NCBI RefSeq assembly: GCF_006345805.1
Contig: NC_043005.1
Location: 40,610,001-40,674,000 of the forward strand
From: Octopus sinensis
Lineage: Eukaryota
Direction of reading: 5' to 3'
DNA: 64,000 nucleotides
Under the pieces are notes generated by a model that saw nothing but the letters and a program-made list of their open reading frames with translations, made no database searches and was not told the origin of the DNA. Position numbers and translations under genes: made by a program. Below, piece after piece: positions 1-11,978 of this stretch; position 1 is the first letter of the stretch, and each line of letters begins with the position of its first letter.

Positions 1-705
1 AGATTAGGCTTAAGATGATTGTTTTCATGTTGGGGCCACAACTATAGCTGCTATTAGCAGAACACTTTACGTTTTGTAGATGCAACAAACGATCATTCCA
101 AATTGCACGGGCAGAAATACAGAATCTTATCTATTAGATTAGGAAACTCAACATCAAGTTAGGATCGACATTCAGAGACATTGACAAAAGAATTAACATG
201 ACGCCAGCAAACCATATCTAGAAACTACAGCAACAGCCCCTATAACATCGAAAAGCGGGTACTCGAAAGATCAAAATAATATGCGGCCGGATTGAAGGGG
301 TGCAGCATTCGTAAGGCATAAAGCACACACATTCTGTTTGAGTGGAGGAACCACAACTATTTAATTTTCATAACAGAGACACTCACCAAATACTTTCATA
401 AAGACAAGTTTATCCTCTCCAATTGGAAAATACCATTTACACTAGATTAACAACATCACAAATTACAATATCAGCTGAACGAACGGTAGTTTCTTTAATG
501 CTCAATTAAAACATTCTACCATTTACATTCAAATATACACTCAAAATCAACATAATGCATACATTAGAACCTTTACCTTAACATACAACCACCTCTAGAT
601 CAGTTACCATTCAACTGAAACATTCAAACCACCCATCTCAATAATCTCTGACAATGCAAGGAGCGCAACTTATTTTTAAATATCAATGACTTACTACACC
701 TTCCA

Positions 706-1010
706 GTGAAGGATCATGGCTTAGTGGTTAGAGAAAGGGGCTCATGATCATGAGGTAGGGAGTTCGATTCTCAGACCGGGCTGTGTGTTGTGTTCTTGAG
801 CAAGAAAATTTATTTCACGTTGCTCCAGTTCACTCAGCTGTATCGGCTTCTGCCTTTCCCTTGGACAACATCGGTGTCATTGAAAGGGGAGGCTGGTATG
901 CATGGGCGACTGCTTGTCTACCGTAAACAACCATGCCCGGACTTGTGCCTTGGAGGATACCTTTTTTTTGGTGTAACCCCATGGTCATTCATGATCGAAG
1001 GGGGGTGATC
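706..1010 (+). mobile_element. tRNA-derived SINE
   Basis: A/B boxes followed by the family core gttgtgttcttgagcaaga..tttatttcacgttgctccagttcactcagctg. Confidence 0.8.
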
Positions 1011-1280
1011 TTCGCCCTTTACTACTCCTTCCTAACATTCACTCACAAGTAGAGTTTTCCTCGCAAGAATCCTGTCTGCTACAGATAGCCCCCACCTAAA
1101 GTTTAACTGAAGCCAATGTGAAGCTTGAAGGAAAATGTGGGGACAGCTTCGACTAAGCTTAAGGAGTTATCTTTCCCTATACATGAAGCTTACGTTTGTC
1201 TCCCAGATTCATAACTCTTAAAAGCATTAATGTTTTACTTTTACTTGTTTTAGCTAAAGGCTGCAGCTATCTATCAGGAA

Positions 1281-1284
<4 letters not shown>

Positions 1285-1350
<66 letters not shown>

Positions 1351-1375
1351 TGTGTGTGTGTTTGTGTGTGTGTGC
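1285..1375. repeat. (TG)n microsatellite
   Basis: Direct reading. Similar tracts at 2093-2188, 15420-15466, 33933-33958 and 54368-54394. Confidence 0.95.
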
Positions 1376-1454
1376 ATGCGCATGTGTGAGTGAGTGTAAA
1401 TTTATTAGCCGTCGTGTACATGCGAGAATGGTCTGGTTTTATCACACTTTTACT

Positions 1455-1700
1455 ATTTTAGGCTCGCAGGAAGATATAGATATCCTCTCGGCCCTCGCCA
1501 AGTGGGACATCGAGGATGTGGCAGCTGGAGGGAGATTCAATAACTCCAACAGTCAGCTGGCACTCATTTTCAGCTGAGTTGAGTGAAATACCGTGAAATA
1601 AGGTGCATTGAAGGCCACAATGCACCGTCCTGTCCAAGAACGGAACGCATAACCTTATGATCGTGGGCCCATCACCCTAGCCACTAAACCACGCACGTTT
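1455..1700 (-). mobile_element. tRNA-derived SINE, second body type (sister copy at about 51445-51715, + strand)
   Basis: The reverse complement shares ctcagc..gagt..ccctccagct..gatgt..gagaggat with the 51590-51700 sequence. tRNA-like head at 1640-1700. Confidence 0.65.
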
Positions 1701-1744
1701 GACACACCCACTTATCTACATGCATGCATGTGCGCATGAGCGTG

Positions 1745-1905
1745 TGAGTATGCGGCCGAATGGTTAAGAAAATTACTTCATAACCACGCGTTTCCTTGTT
1801 CATCCTCATTCCATAGAATCTTGGGCAAATCATCTGCAACAGCCTCGAGTCCACCTATATACTGAGTGAAATGGGGTAGGCGGAAACTGCAGAGAAGCAC
1901 TTTGG
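1745..1905 (+). mobile_element. SINE family with ..ggcaagtgtcttctactatagcctc.. core (other copies about 19425-19607 -, 32630-32810 -, 59722-59800 +)
   Basis: Recurrent motif tggtaagaagcttgcttcccaaccacatgg..gtagacggaaactgaaagaagcc in several places in the window. Confidence 0.65.
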
Positions 1906-2131
1906 GTGGATTGTACCAGAAACGCTGATACAGTCTGAAAATTTCGTTGAGGTACATGTAGAATGCTTAACTACTTGCACATTAATTCAATGGACAAGAA
2001 ATTCATTTGCTCTAACAACTGCTGATAACTCGTTGCTGAAACCAATGGAGGTCTATCTATCCCTGTATGTATTTATGTATGAGCGTGTATGTGTAAGTGT
2101 GTGTGTGTGTGGTGTGTGTGTGTGTGTGTGT

Positions 2132-2189
<58 letters not shown>

Positions 2190-2962
2190 GGACACACGTG
2201 TACTTAATGTAGCAGCAAAGGTTCAGTTTTCGCAAATAACGGATATAGTTCTTTCCGTGCGTCTATTGATCTTCAACTCTTAATTTTCTTTCTCATTTCC
2301 ATATATTTCCGATTCTCAGCGACCCAAATACATTCACCAAAAACGCTAATATATTTATCATCCACACACAAAAATGAAAATAATTAATGCTTACTTCTCT
2401 CAGAGCTATTACAAGTCATTATTCCACCTACAGTTTTCCAACAAACTATTTACAATACCCACACCAGCAATAACAAATAAATATTTGTGCAAAGGAGTGG
2501 GGCCTTGAACTATGATACGAACATTAATTATACGTTTTATAACTGTTAAGACGTCTATGAATTAAATAATGATGCATTAAACATTGTTTTTGGCAAATTT
2601 GAAATGTAAGTCACACCGCTTTAATAAACATAGTTTTAGACGCCTTATGAAAACTAAACAAACTGGTTACACAGTCCACGTTTTATCTAGCTGTTAACAA
2701 AAAAATAAAGGAAAAAGAACAAAAAGGAGTAGCTAGATCGTTAACGTGTAAACACTGACTCAACCATTTAATATAAACTAGAGTCCTTTTTACCATTCTT
2801 TCTATATCAGATTCGCGACTTCTGGGGAAATAATAATAATAAAACTATTACGAGAAAATTTCGGTTAAGTTTGCACTGGTGTGACATACACACACACACA
2901 CACACACATGCGAACTTGAGGTTAGTTAAAGTATGTTAGTAACATATTTCAACTGCTAAAGG

Positions 2963-3595
2963 CAAATTCACTACAGATACCGTGGAAATGAATTCTCTCT
3001 TATGGTAAAAAAAAAGGGGTAAAATCACTGCATCCGTCCAGTGCTTCCACCTGTCGGATTCCATGACATCGATGTTTCTAGCTCTTCAGTCGTTATCAAT
3101 GGGAAATACTGAAGAGAGGCAACTCTAGACAGACCTAATCAAAGCCGTAGCTTTAACTAAAATATAGTCGACAACATTGACTGACTAGCACCAGTAGACC
3201 GCCAAAGTCATGAAAATTACTGAAATATCAACGCCAAGCAGTGATTAGGCATAATTGAACTTTAGTTTAGTTAAATTATGTTTGTTACATATACAAATGC
3301 TAATAACAAATTCACTGCAGTAACCTTGCAGAAAAATTCTCTATTATGGTAAAAAGGTACTGTAATTTTCACGAATTTGGCGGTCTGCTGGCGCAAATCA
3401 GTCAGTATTATCAACTGTATTCTAATTAAAACCACGGCTTTGATTAGGTCTGTCAGGAGTTACCTCTATTCAGTGTTTCCCATTGATAACGACCAAAAGT
3501 CTAGAAACATCGATATCTGAGAACCCGACATGTGGCAGCATTGGACAAATATGGTATTTTTAGACCTTTTTACCATAAGAGAGAAATTTTCTCCT
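2963..3595. mobile_element. Two copies of one MITE-like element in opposite orientation (about 230-bp inverted repeat)
   Basis: 2991-3220 is the reverse complement of 3362-3588. The terminal motif aattctctcttatggtaaaaa occurs at about 2991 and about 3335, and inverted at about 3570. Confidence 0.7.
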
Positions 3596-3711
3596 AATTG
3601 TAAATAACCACTTTAGCACCGTTTTCTTAAAATAAAGCCTTCTATTTCTCTGTCCGAGAAACTTACCAAAAGAAAATGATCTCTACTTAGATAAACTATG
3701 TCATCGGGACG

Positions 3712-3788
3712 GCGAGTGGCTTAGTGGTTAGGGTATTCGGCTTAGAATCGTAAGGTCGTGAGTTCGATTCCTGGTGGCGCGTTGTGTC
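3712..3788 (+). mobile_element. tRNA-derived SINE head, interrupted by the Gypsy element (continues at 8548)
   Basis: A-box TGGCTTAGTGG and B-box GAGTTCGATTCC. The body resumes as catgagcgagacactgtttcacgttgctccagtccact at 8548, matching the intact copies at 706 and 41072. Confidence 0.85.
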
Positions 3789-4282
3789 TGAAGCGTACCC
3801 ATCGTGACTGCTTGGATTGTCTCAGGGCTAAACATAAAAGCCCGGAAGGGACACAGCAGGCAGCCTCAACGCGTGCGCAAAACACAGCAGCCCTTAAACA
3901 AAACGGAAGTCGTGAAAGGCATATAATGAGCCCGACTGACAAGACTCTTTCTCTTTTTCCTTTTGGGCAGTCAGCTCGCCAACTGCCCACAGTTAGGACT
4001 GCTAGCTCTCCTCCTTATTTCAGCGCCCTACACGTGGTGTCGCGATGCCTCTCTCACAGTAGGTACCATCAAACAATGAATGCACACATTTAATCATTAG
4101 TACCAGAATGCCATAACATCACTCCAACATTACCCCAGCCTTTATACATCTTGCCACGAATTTCCACCAAAATAAAAATTGTCATAGTTATATTTAGAGT
4201 ATTTATTCTTCATTTACACGCAGCCCACATCTGATCATCACATTACCAACCACACACTGAATACACACATATACACACTAAA
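3789..4282 (+). repeat. 5' LTR of the Gypsy element
   Basis: Starts tgaagcgtacc and ends cactaaa. Colinear with 8097-8543; about 12% mismatch by eye over the first about 165 bp, plus indels. Confidence 0.9.
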
Positions 4283-4372
4283 GTGTTGAACCCGACGTTG
4301 GAGAAAAGATTTCACAAGCTGATTAACGATGAACAGCTGGGAAACCGATCCCCGTCGTAGCTGTTACCTAGA

Positions 4373-4830
4373 ATGCTTCAGCTTGCAGAAGACAATTCAT
4401 TACAGAGCGGTTTTCTCAAACAATTATTTTTTTCTCGCCTGCCTGCTAACGTCCAAGCCATCCTCGCACTGTTGTGCGATATCAGTACCGTTGAACAATT
4501 GGCGTCATCAACCGATAAAATTATGGAGCTATCAGCCGATAAAATATTGGAGATAACTATTCTGACGATACCTCTTCCTTATTCTTCTATTACCGTAGCA
4601 TCCAAGTTCCAGGATTTTCGGCGCACCACAGTACAAAACAATTGAAGACCTGGTAGCGGAAGTTCGCAATCTCTGTTTAGAAAGGAATACGGTCCCACAT
4701 GCAAGACGCCGATCTTGCTCAAGATCTCTATCCAGACATTGGTACATTGGCAATCAGGGATCTATATGTTGGTACCATATCAATTTCGGCGCCAAGGCAA
4801 GGAAATGCACACCACCTTGTTCATATAGTA
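4373..4830 (+). pseudogene. Gypsy gag remnant with C-x2-H-x9-C-x3-C (CHCC) motif
   Basis: FLKQLFFSRLPANVQAIL..EQLASSTDKIME, then CWYHINFGAKARKCTPPC at 4767-4820. Confidence 0.85.
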
Positions 4831-4899
4831 TCCAGAGAAACGTCAGAACGGAGCAGTAAGCATAGCTACTGTTTCTGGTATCACCCCACCAAGTCGTGC

Positions 4900-7720
4900 A
4901 ATTTTTATTAAAGACGAAATTTCCCAGAAAAAGCTTCCTGGTTGATTCAAGAACCGCCTGTAGTGTCTGGCCAGATAAATAACCCAGCCACTACCTTGCA
5001 AGCGGTCAACCATTCACCTATCACAACATATAGTGAAATTTCTTTCACCTTAAAGATACAACTCACACGATGCTTCCAGCGGGTTTTTCTAGTCGCCGAT
5101 CTGCCGTACCCGATCTTTAGAGCAGATTTCCTCTCTCATTTTTCCTTGTTGATCGATCTGAAGAACAGGCAACTAATCGACAGTAAGACGTAACTCAGTG
5201 TATGTGGCACTGACCTTTTTTTTTTTACAGAGCCAGTCCGATTTTCTTTGCCATCACTGCTTCCAACAAATATCCCTCATTGTTGCAGTCGTTCCCGGAG
5301 CTAACGAAACCCATGTCCTATGAAAAGGATAATTCACACTCCGTAGAACACCACATTTCGACCACGGGCCCTTCTGTTTTTTCTCGCCCGACACGTTTGT
5401 CAGCAGAGAAACTTAAGGCCGCAAAAGCGGAATTCGAGTACATGTTACAGCTCGGAATTGTACGTCCTTCTTCCAGTAGCTGGTCTTCTCCATTATTCAT
5501 GGTCCCGAAGAAGCCATCTGCCGACTGGGGACCCTGCATAGACTATAGACGCCTTAATACCATCACAGTACCAGACCAGTATTCCATTATACACTTCAGG
5601 ATTTTACTGCTTCGCTACACGGCATTACCATTTCTTTGAAGCAAGATGTCAGTGCATATCACCAAATACCCATCCACCCGGCCAGCATTCCAAAAATTGT
5701 CATAACCACTCCCTTTGGAGAAATTTCGAGTATTTAACAATGCCATTCGGATTACGTAACGCAGAGAGCTCCTTCTAGCGCTTCATAGACGAAGTCACCC
5801 GTGATATCCATTTCGTGTATGCGTTCATCGACGGTCTCATTGCTAGTTCGTCTGAAACGGAACATGAAAGTCATCTACAACAGCTATTTGCTCGTTTGTC
5901 ACTGCATAGCATCCGGATCAACGCTACGAAATGTGCTTTCAGAGCTTCCTCCCTTACTTTCCTAGGACACACTATCGACAAAGACGGAATCAGGCCCTTA
6001 GCCGAAAAAGTGGATGCAGTCGAAAAGATTCCTCTACCTACTTCACTGCGTAAAGTCCATCATTTCACAAATATTGGCACCCCTTACAGAAGGAAAACAA
6101 ATGAACTCCTAACTAGACCAAAGCCTTTCAGGACATCAAACAGAGTTTATCACACGTCTCTATACTGACCTATCCGGCTCCTGACGCAAAGCTGTCGCTG
6201 TCTGTAGACGCTTTGGATCTTGGTGCTAGTTCTGTGTTACACCAACAATGTTGTTCCAAATGGAAATCTCTTGCATTCTTTTCAAAACGGCTCAAACCAG
6301 CCCAGACTCGTTACAATATTTTTCAGTCATGAACTGCTCGCCATCTATCTCGCAGTCAAACATTTCCGGCACATACTGTAAGGCAAGAATTTTACGATCT
6401 ACACTTATCACAAGCCGCTATCCTTTGCTTTGAAATGCAAGCCCAACAAATTCTCACCCCGAGATATACGTTACCTGGATTTGATTTCCCAATTCACCAG
6501 CGATATCCAGCACATTCCTGGAAAAAAGAATATCGCTGCTGATGCTTTATCTCGTTTGTCTATCGACTCCATATTCTCATCCGCTGAGATCAATTTGGAT
6601 GCCATGGCTAAAAATCTATCACGAATTGAAGACAGAGTTCTCTCCCTTTAACCTTCAACAACTACCTGTAACAACTTCAAACTGCGATTCTTTGTGACAT
6701 CTTCACCAACGGCGCTCCTTCATTTGTGTCCGAGAACCATAGACGTCGAGTGTTTTCGGTGTAACATAACATCTCACACCTTGGCGTTGCTGCCACTTTG
6801 CAGCTAATTGCAACTCGTTTCGTCTGGCCCAACATGAGGAGACACCACCGAATGAATCAGGAATTGCCTGCCTTTCCAGAAAGCGAAGGTTCTCAGGCAC
6901 ATCAAAGCACCGCTGGGAACATGCACACACCCCGACGCTCGTTTCCAGCATATCCACACAGACCTTTTAGGACCTTAGCCCTTGAGTCAGGGATATAGTA
7001 CTTGTTGACGAGCACAGACCGTTTCTCACGATGGTTGGAAGCCATACCCATCACAGATACCTCATCACCTAGCGTCGTTCAGGTGCTCGTATCGGGTTGG
7101 ATTTCTCGTTTCGGTACTCGTTAAACAATTACAACCGACAGAAGTCGGCAATTTGAATCTCAATTTAAACCACGATCTGACAAAAATCTTAGGATCAAGA
7201 CGCAGTCGCAGAACGAGCAACAATTCTGCTTCAAATGGATCAATCGAACGATTCCATCGCCAGTTAAAAGTATCTCTGCGTGCATATCCCGACCCACAGA
7301 AATGGATGGAATATTTGTCCGTTGTTCTTGGTCTTCGTTCCATCGTCAAGGCAGACATTGGTTTTTTATTCCCAGCAGAATTGTTGTATGGATGACCTTT
7401 ATCATTATCTGGTCAAATAATCACTCCAGTTTCTTTGCATTCACCAGATTACACAAGCTATGTGGATCGTCTTAGATATTACTTGGAAACTTTGCCTCGC
7501 ACCAGCACAAGACAGCAATCCATTAAGTCCTATGTTCCTGCGGACATATCATTCTGGACTTATGCTTCCGTGAGGATTGATGCGGTTAGCCAACTGTTAA
7601 CCCAACCCCCATACCAAGGACCTTACCGAGTGTTATCCTATTCAGAAAAATTAGTCACTATTGACTATAAAGGTGCGAAAGACACTGCCAGTGAGGATAG
7701 ACTGAAAAAGGCCTACACAG
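4900..7720 (+). pseudogene. Gypsy pol remnant (protease, RT, RNase H, integrase), fragmented
   Basis: VADLPYPIFRADFLSHF (PR); SSSSWSSPLFMVPKK..PCIDYRRLN and MPFGLRNA (RT); HIPGKKNIAADALSRL (RH end); NGSIERFHRQLK and PPYQGPYRVL (INT). Confidence 0.88.
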
Positions 7721-8096
7721 ATACAACTGTTCCCACTCCCATTACACATAATGCACGCACTACTGACACAACAAACTTCAAATTCGCCTTCATTAACAAT
7801 TGGGAGCGGAGGAAAAGTGCATTGGCCCCAAAAATTGACCCAGACATATCTAAACGAACATTGAATGAACTTTTCCCTCGAAATGTGATATTTTGTTTTC
7901 ATGCCATTTCCATTGTTGATGTATGCTATTTTCATTGTTGTGTTTGCACCTTGTTTTATTATCGTGCTGTTACATATTACATTTCCTTTGGTTTATTAGT
8001 TTGTACCTTAAAGGCTTCTGGTATGTTTTGCACTGTAGTTACATATTTTCTTTCGTCTCTCGTTATTGCCATAGCTTCACGACTGCCAAGGGAATC

Positions 8097-8543
8097 TGTA
8101 GCGTACCGTCGTGCCTGCTTGGATTGTCTCAGGGCTAAACATAAAACCCCGGAAGGGACACAGTATGCAGCCACGACACATGCACAAAACACAACAGCTC
8201 TTAAACAAAACAGAAGTCATGAAAAGCATATAAAGAGCCCGACTGACAGGACTCTCTCTTTTTCACAGGTAGGAATGCTAGCTCTCCTTAATTTCACCGC
8301 CCTACACAAGATATCGCGATGCCTCTCACAGTAGGCACCACCAAACAATGACTACACACATTTAATCACTAGTACCAGAATGCCATAACATTACCCCAGC
8401 CTTTGTATATCGTGCCACGAATCTCCACCAAAATAAAAATTATTATAATTATGTTTAGTGAGCGTTTATTTTTCATTTACACGCAGCCGACATCTGATCC
8501 TCACATTACCAACCAAACAATGAATAGACATATATTCACTAAA
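8097..8543 (+). repeat. 3' LTR of the Gypsy element
   Basis: Starts tgtagcgtacc after a decayed purine tract (aagggaa) and ends cactaaa, followed by TSD tgtc. Confidence 0.9.
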
Positions 8544-9139
8544 TGTCCATGAGCGAGACACTGTTTCACGTTGCTCCAGTCCACTTGTAGTGACAACTAT
8601 GAGTAATATTTGTATTCCAAAGAACTTGTAATTGGAACCAGTATAAGACTTGCCATTGTCATTAATTTAATGTGAGTGTTCTGTGACAGCGTGTGAAAAG
8701 AAAGTCAAAAGGCAAAGTATATATATAACATTTAAATTTATTTTTGAAGGGTAATAAGTACTCGCAAGAAGCTATAAGAATAATTTTTAAAACTCGTGTG
8801 TGAATGCTAAACAAACGGTGCAGATAGACATGAAGAAATTCGCATGACTTGCGATATATTTCATTTGGGTGGCTTACATGCCTCAGAATGAAAACAGATA
8901 TAAATGAAATGTATTGCGAGGCGTTGGTAGTGTACACTGTAATAGTCGCAAATCAGAAAAGGTGATGTTGCTACTAGGACCGTCAATGCTACAACTCAAT
9001 TAGCTATTTGAAAAAGGCGCGTATACTGTTGGGCGGAAGTTGCTACATGTATCCTTCTACAGCCAGCTCCAATTGGACAAAGTGGCCATAGCACGGCTGT
9101 GCTATGCCACCATGACAAAATAATTCTTTTCTGTTACCT

Positions 9140-9296
9140 ACAAACCTGTCTTGTCACATTCTGTCTCTCCCTGGAAACTATGTTAATGGTATGAATGTCT
9201 GTGGAGTACCCAGCCACTTGCACGTTAATTTCATTAGCAGGCTGTTCCGCTGATCGAATCAACTGGAACTTTTGTCGTAACCGACAGAGTGCCAGT
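9140..9296 (+). mobile_element. 3' half of the tRNA-derived SINE family
   Basis: gtctgtggagtacccagccacttgcacgttaatttc..gtaaccgacagagtgccag matches the 3' ends of the 34434 and 41072 copies. Confidence 0.75.
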
Positions 9297-11479
9297 TTAT
9301 TTTCTAAAGTCATCAAGTGAAACTTGAACTCCCACTTAATATTTTTTTTTAGGATAAATTCTACCCTACTACTAGCATTGACATCTCTTGACAGTAAATG
9401 TTTGGATACTATTCCTCAAATTCTTTTTAAAATATATTGTCATACATAATATTATTGTCATACTCAAACGTGAATATGCAAATCGCCGTTATGTTTCGTA
9501 TTCGGAGGACTGCATATATTAAATGAAGGTCTTCGTTTTAATTCTCGCTGTTTACCAGCCATATACGGTCTAAATATTCTACCCCCTTCATGTTCAAAAT
9601 GGCCAGATCTGGTCTCTCATACCGACGCTACAGTCATTCTAAAAATAAACAATCATATCAAAATTCCCGAGTTACGAGATAACCCGATTAACTCAAAACA
9701 GATTGAATAATTAAGCATTACATTTGACAGAATAAGCTGAATGCTACAGAGATAAAATAACTTTCTCCCAAATTATCGCTCCCACTCATACATACATACG
9801 TGTGTAAATTCAAAGGCGTTTGAACCCAGACATTTAGATAACCTGTTGTAACCTGTTAGTCTTAATAGATTCATTTGATCGAAGTAAAATTGAAGGGAGA
9901 TAATTCTAAGCTAATTCATACATCATTATGTATGAATTACTCCCCTTGGAAAATTGATTCCTTTTTTAAAAAAGGTTTCAAATTTTGGCACAAGGCTAGC
10001 AATATCGGGTGAGTTGGGCAAGTCGATTACATCGACCCCGACGAGATGAAAGGGAAAGTCAACCACAGCGGAATTTGAACTCAGAACATGAAGACGAACG
10101 AAATGCCGCTACGCATTTTGCCAGCTAGCCTGACCGTCTTAAGATTTTCAAAATATTCATGAAAGATTTACATTGCGTATTTTGCGGCATAGTAGGGGTC
10201 GCATCGTGGAAGACATATCCTAATTTTTTTTTTTTTGCTTACCATAACTCCGTCCATAACGAATAGGCAAACCAGCAGTGTTCATGCTCGTCGTTGGGTA
10301 AAATCCCCAGGCAACAGCCACTTGCCTGGTGCACCACAACGGTATGCCACCGGGTATTACCGTAGTACACAACACAGTTTCTCAGTAGATGGTGCTGCCA
10401 TTAGTAAACAAACAGCTCAGCAGTAAGGACAGTGAAGTCGTAGCAAAGTTTAAAAGACTATTTTATTATTTATTGAGTAATCGTATCTATATCAACGGAT
10501 CTTTTCCTTTTGAACGGCAGTTTTCAAGGATTAGGGTCAGTGACAGGATGTTGTCTGTTTTAGACGCAGCAAATGATTTCAGCTGAATAGAGGCGATAGG
10601 GTTGGTTAAAATTCGAAAAATTAAACTATGTTATCCATATCGGATCAACATTATTAGAATGTTTATGGCATATTTGCTAAATAATGACAGTCTTTGTAAC
10701 GAACTAACTTCCGTGAACCCTAAGGAAAAAAAAAAAAAAAAAAGCATTGCACCAATTTTTCAACTAACATCGTGGAAGACGCATATTTTCAAGTTTCCAT
10801 TTTATTTATGTATTTTATCGTTATTACAAAAAAGTATGTCTTCTATGCTGCAAAATATGGAATGGGGCATTCCAGTGAAATTCTACAAGGGTCCATGATG
10901 AAGGTTCTTAGATTTTCTTCAAATTTAAACCGTTTGTTAGTATTCACAAGAGGAATGATTCTTGTAAATTTCAGCACCATTTTAATTGTTTAAGCAATTT
11001 CCGAAATTTCTTTTATTTTTAGGAGCCCATCATTCCAAATAGGTTCGATACCATATCTTGGAAAGCAAGTTTCTTTAATTCCCACCATCTCAAATCTCTT
11101 GGACACTAAAGATCAATTTTTTTAAAAATTCAACCAATGAAGGAAAAATGCCAACCTAAAATTGCAAAAATCCATGTCTTGGGGACTATTTAAAAAAATT
11201 TAAAGTTTTGACAGCTATTACTTAATAACAACAGCTAGTGAGCACCCTTACATTCACTAATCTTACACTAAGGTCTGAAATCATAAAAGGACATATGAAT
11301 TCACTTATTCAAAAGCATGTTTTCTTGTGCAAAGGGTCCGGTAAAAAACAGGACAAAGTGAAAAAGCTAGAAAATTGGTTTTTTTTTTTCAAATTTGTTG
11401 AAACTATATCAAACAATATATTCTGAAAATACACCTGGTAGCAAGTACAGAAATGTAGAAATATGGAATTTGTATCCTT

Positions 11480-11978
11480 GTGGTACCAGTGCCGGTGGCA
11501 CATAAGAAAACCATCCGAACGGGACCGTAGCCAGTACCGCATCGACTGGCCTCCGTGCTGTGGGCACGTAACAAACACCGTCCGAGTGTGGCCGTCTGCC
11601 ACCTGTGTCGGTGGCACATAAAAACACCATCCGAGCGTGGGCGTCTGCCAGCCTCGTCTGGCACCTGTGTCGGTGGCACATAAAAACACCATCCGAGCGT
11701 GGCCGTCTGCCAGCCTCGTCTGGCACCTGTGTCGGTGGCACATAAAAACCATCCGAGCGTGGCCGTTCGCCAGCCTCGTCTGGCACCTGTGTCGGTGGCA
11801 CATAAAATCACCCACTACACTCTCGGAGTGGTTGGCGTTAGGAAGGGCATCCAGCTGTAGAAACACTGCCAGATCTGACTGGCCTGGTGCAGCCTTCGGG
11901 CTCCCCAGACCCCAGTTGAACCGTCCAACCCATGCTAGCATGGAAAGCGGACGTTAAACGATGATGATGATGATGATG
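11480..11978 (+). mobile_element. RTE-tailed SINE-like element with internal 62-bp tandem array and (GAT)n tail
   Basis: Ends ..ccaacccatgctagcatggaaagcggacgttaaac(gat)n. The same family recurs at about 14481, 21197, 37260, 50341, 59580 and 61475. Confidence 0.8.
11600..11807 (+). repeat. 62-bp tandem repeat (62+62+60 bp plus a partial unit) inside the retroelement
   Basis: Unit cacctgtgtcggtggcacataaaaacaccatccgagcgtggccgtctgccagcctcgtctgg starts at 11600, 11662, 11724 and 11784. Confidence 0.92.

Larger units (their letters stand above)
3789..8543 (+). mobile_element. Decayed full-length Ty3/Gypsy LTR retrotransposon, CsRn1/Kabuki-type
   Basis: Two LTRs, a 4-bp TSD TGTC (3785-3788 / 8544-8547), a degenerate tRNA-Trp-type PBS (gtgttgaacccgacgt, about 4283), a gag CHCC motif and the PR-RT-RH-INT domain order. 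Many stops and frameshifts. Confidence 0.92.

Noticed and set aside
706-785. tRNA-like sequences (also 3712-3780 and 34740-34813)
   Set aside because: They have A/B boxes but no complete cloverleaf with an acceptor stem, and they run straight into SINE bodies. They are not tRNA genes.
1290-1577. Exon-like GC-rich ORF end (GSQEDIDILSALAKWDIEDVAAGG..), also open on the opposite strand
   Set aside because: The segment is the body of a SINE. A diverged sister copy with the same motifs follows a tRNA-like head at about 51590-51700.
1196-2283. VCVC/HTHT/YIYI ORFs here and throughout the window
   Set aside because: Translations of (TG)n, (CA)n and (TA)n microsatellites.
7720-8334. C-terminal two-thirds of the 299-aa ORF (possible extra or env-like domain)
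   Set aside because: After the integrase tail it reads through T-rich 3' UTR and the LTR with no recognisable domain. Likely chance read-through.
11600-11807. Regular repeats suggestive of a CRISPR array
   Set aside because: The units are head-to-tail with no unique spacers, the genome is eukaryotic, and there are no cas genes.
11309-11957. Four overlapping ORFs of 106-210 aa
   Set aside because: Artefacts of the GC-rich 62-bp tandem repeat.
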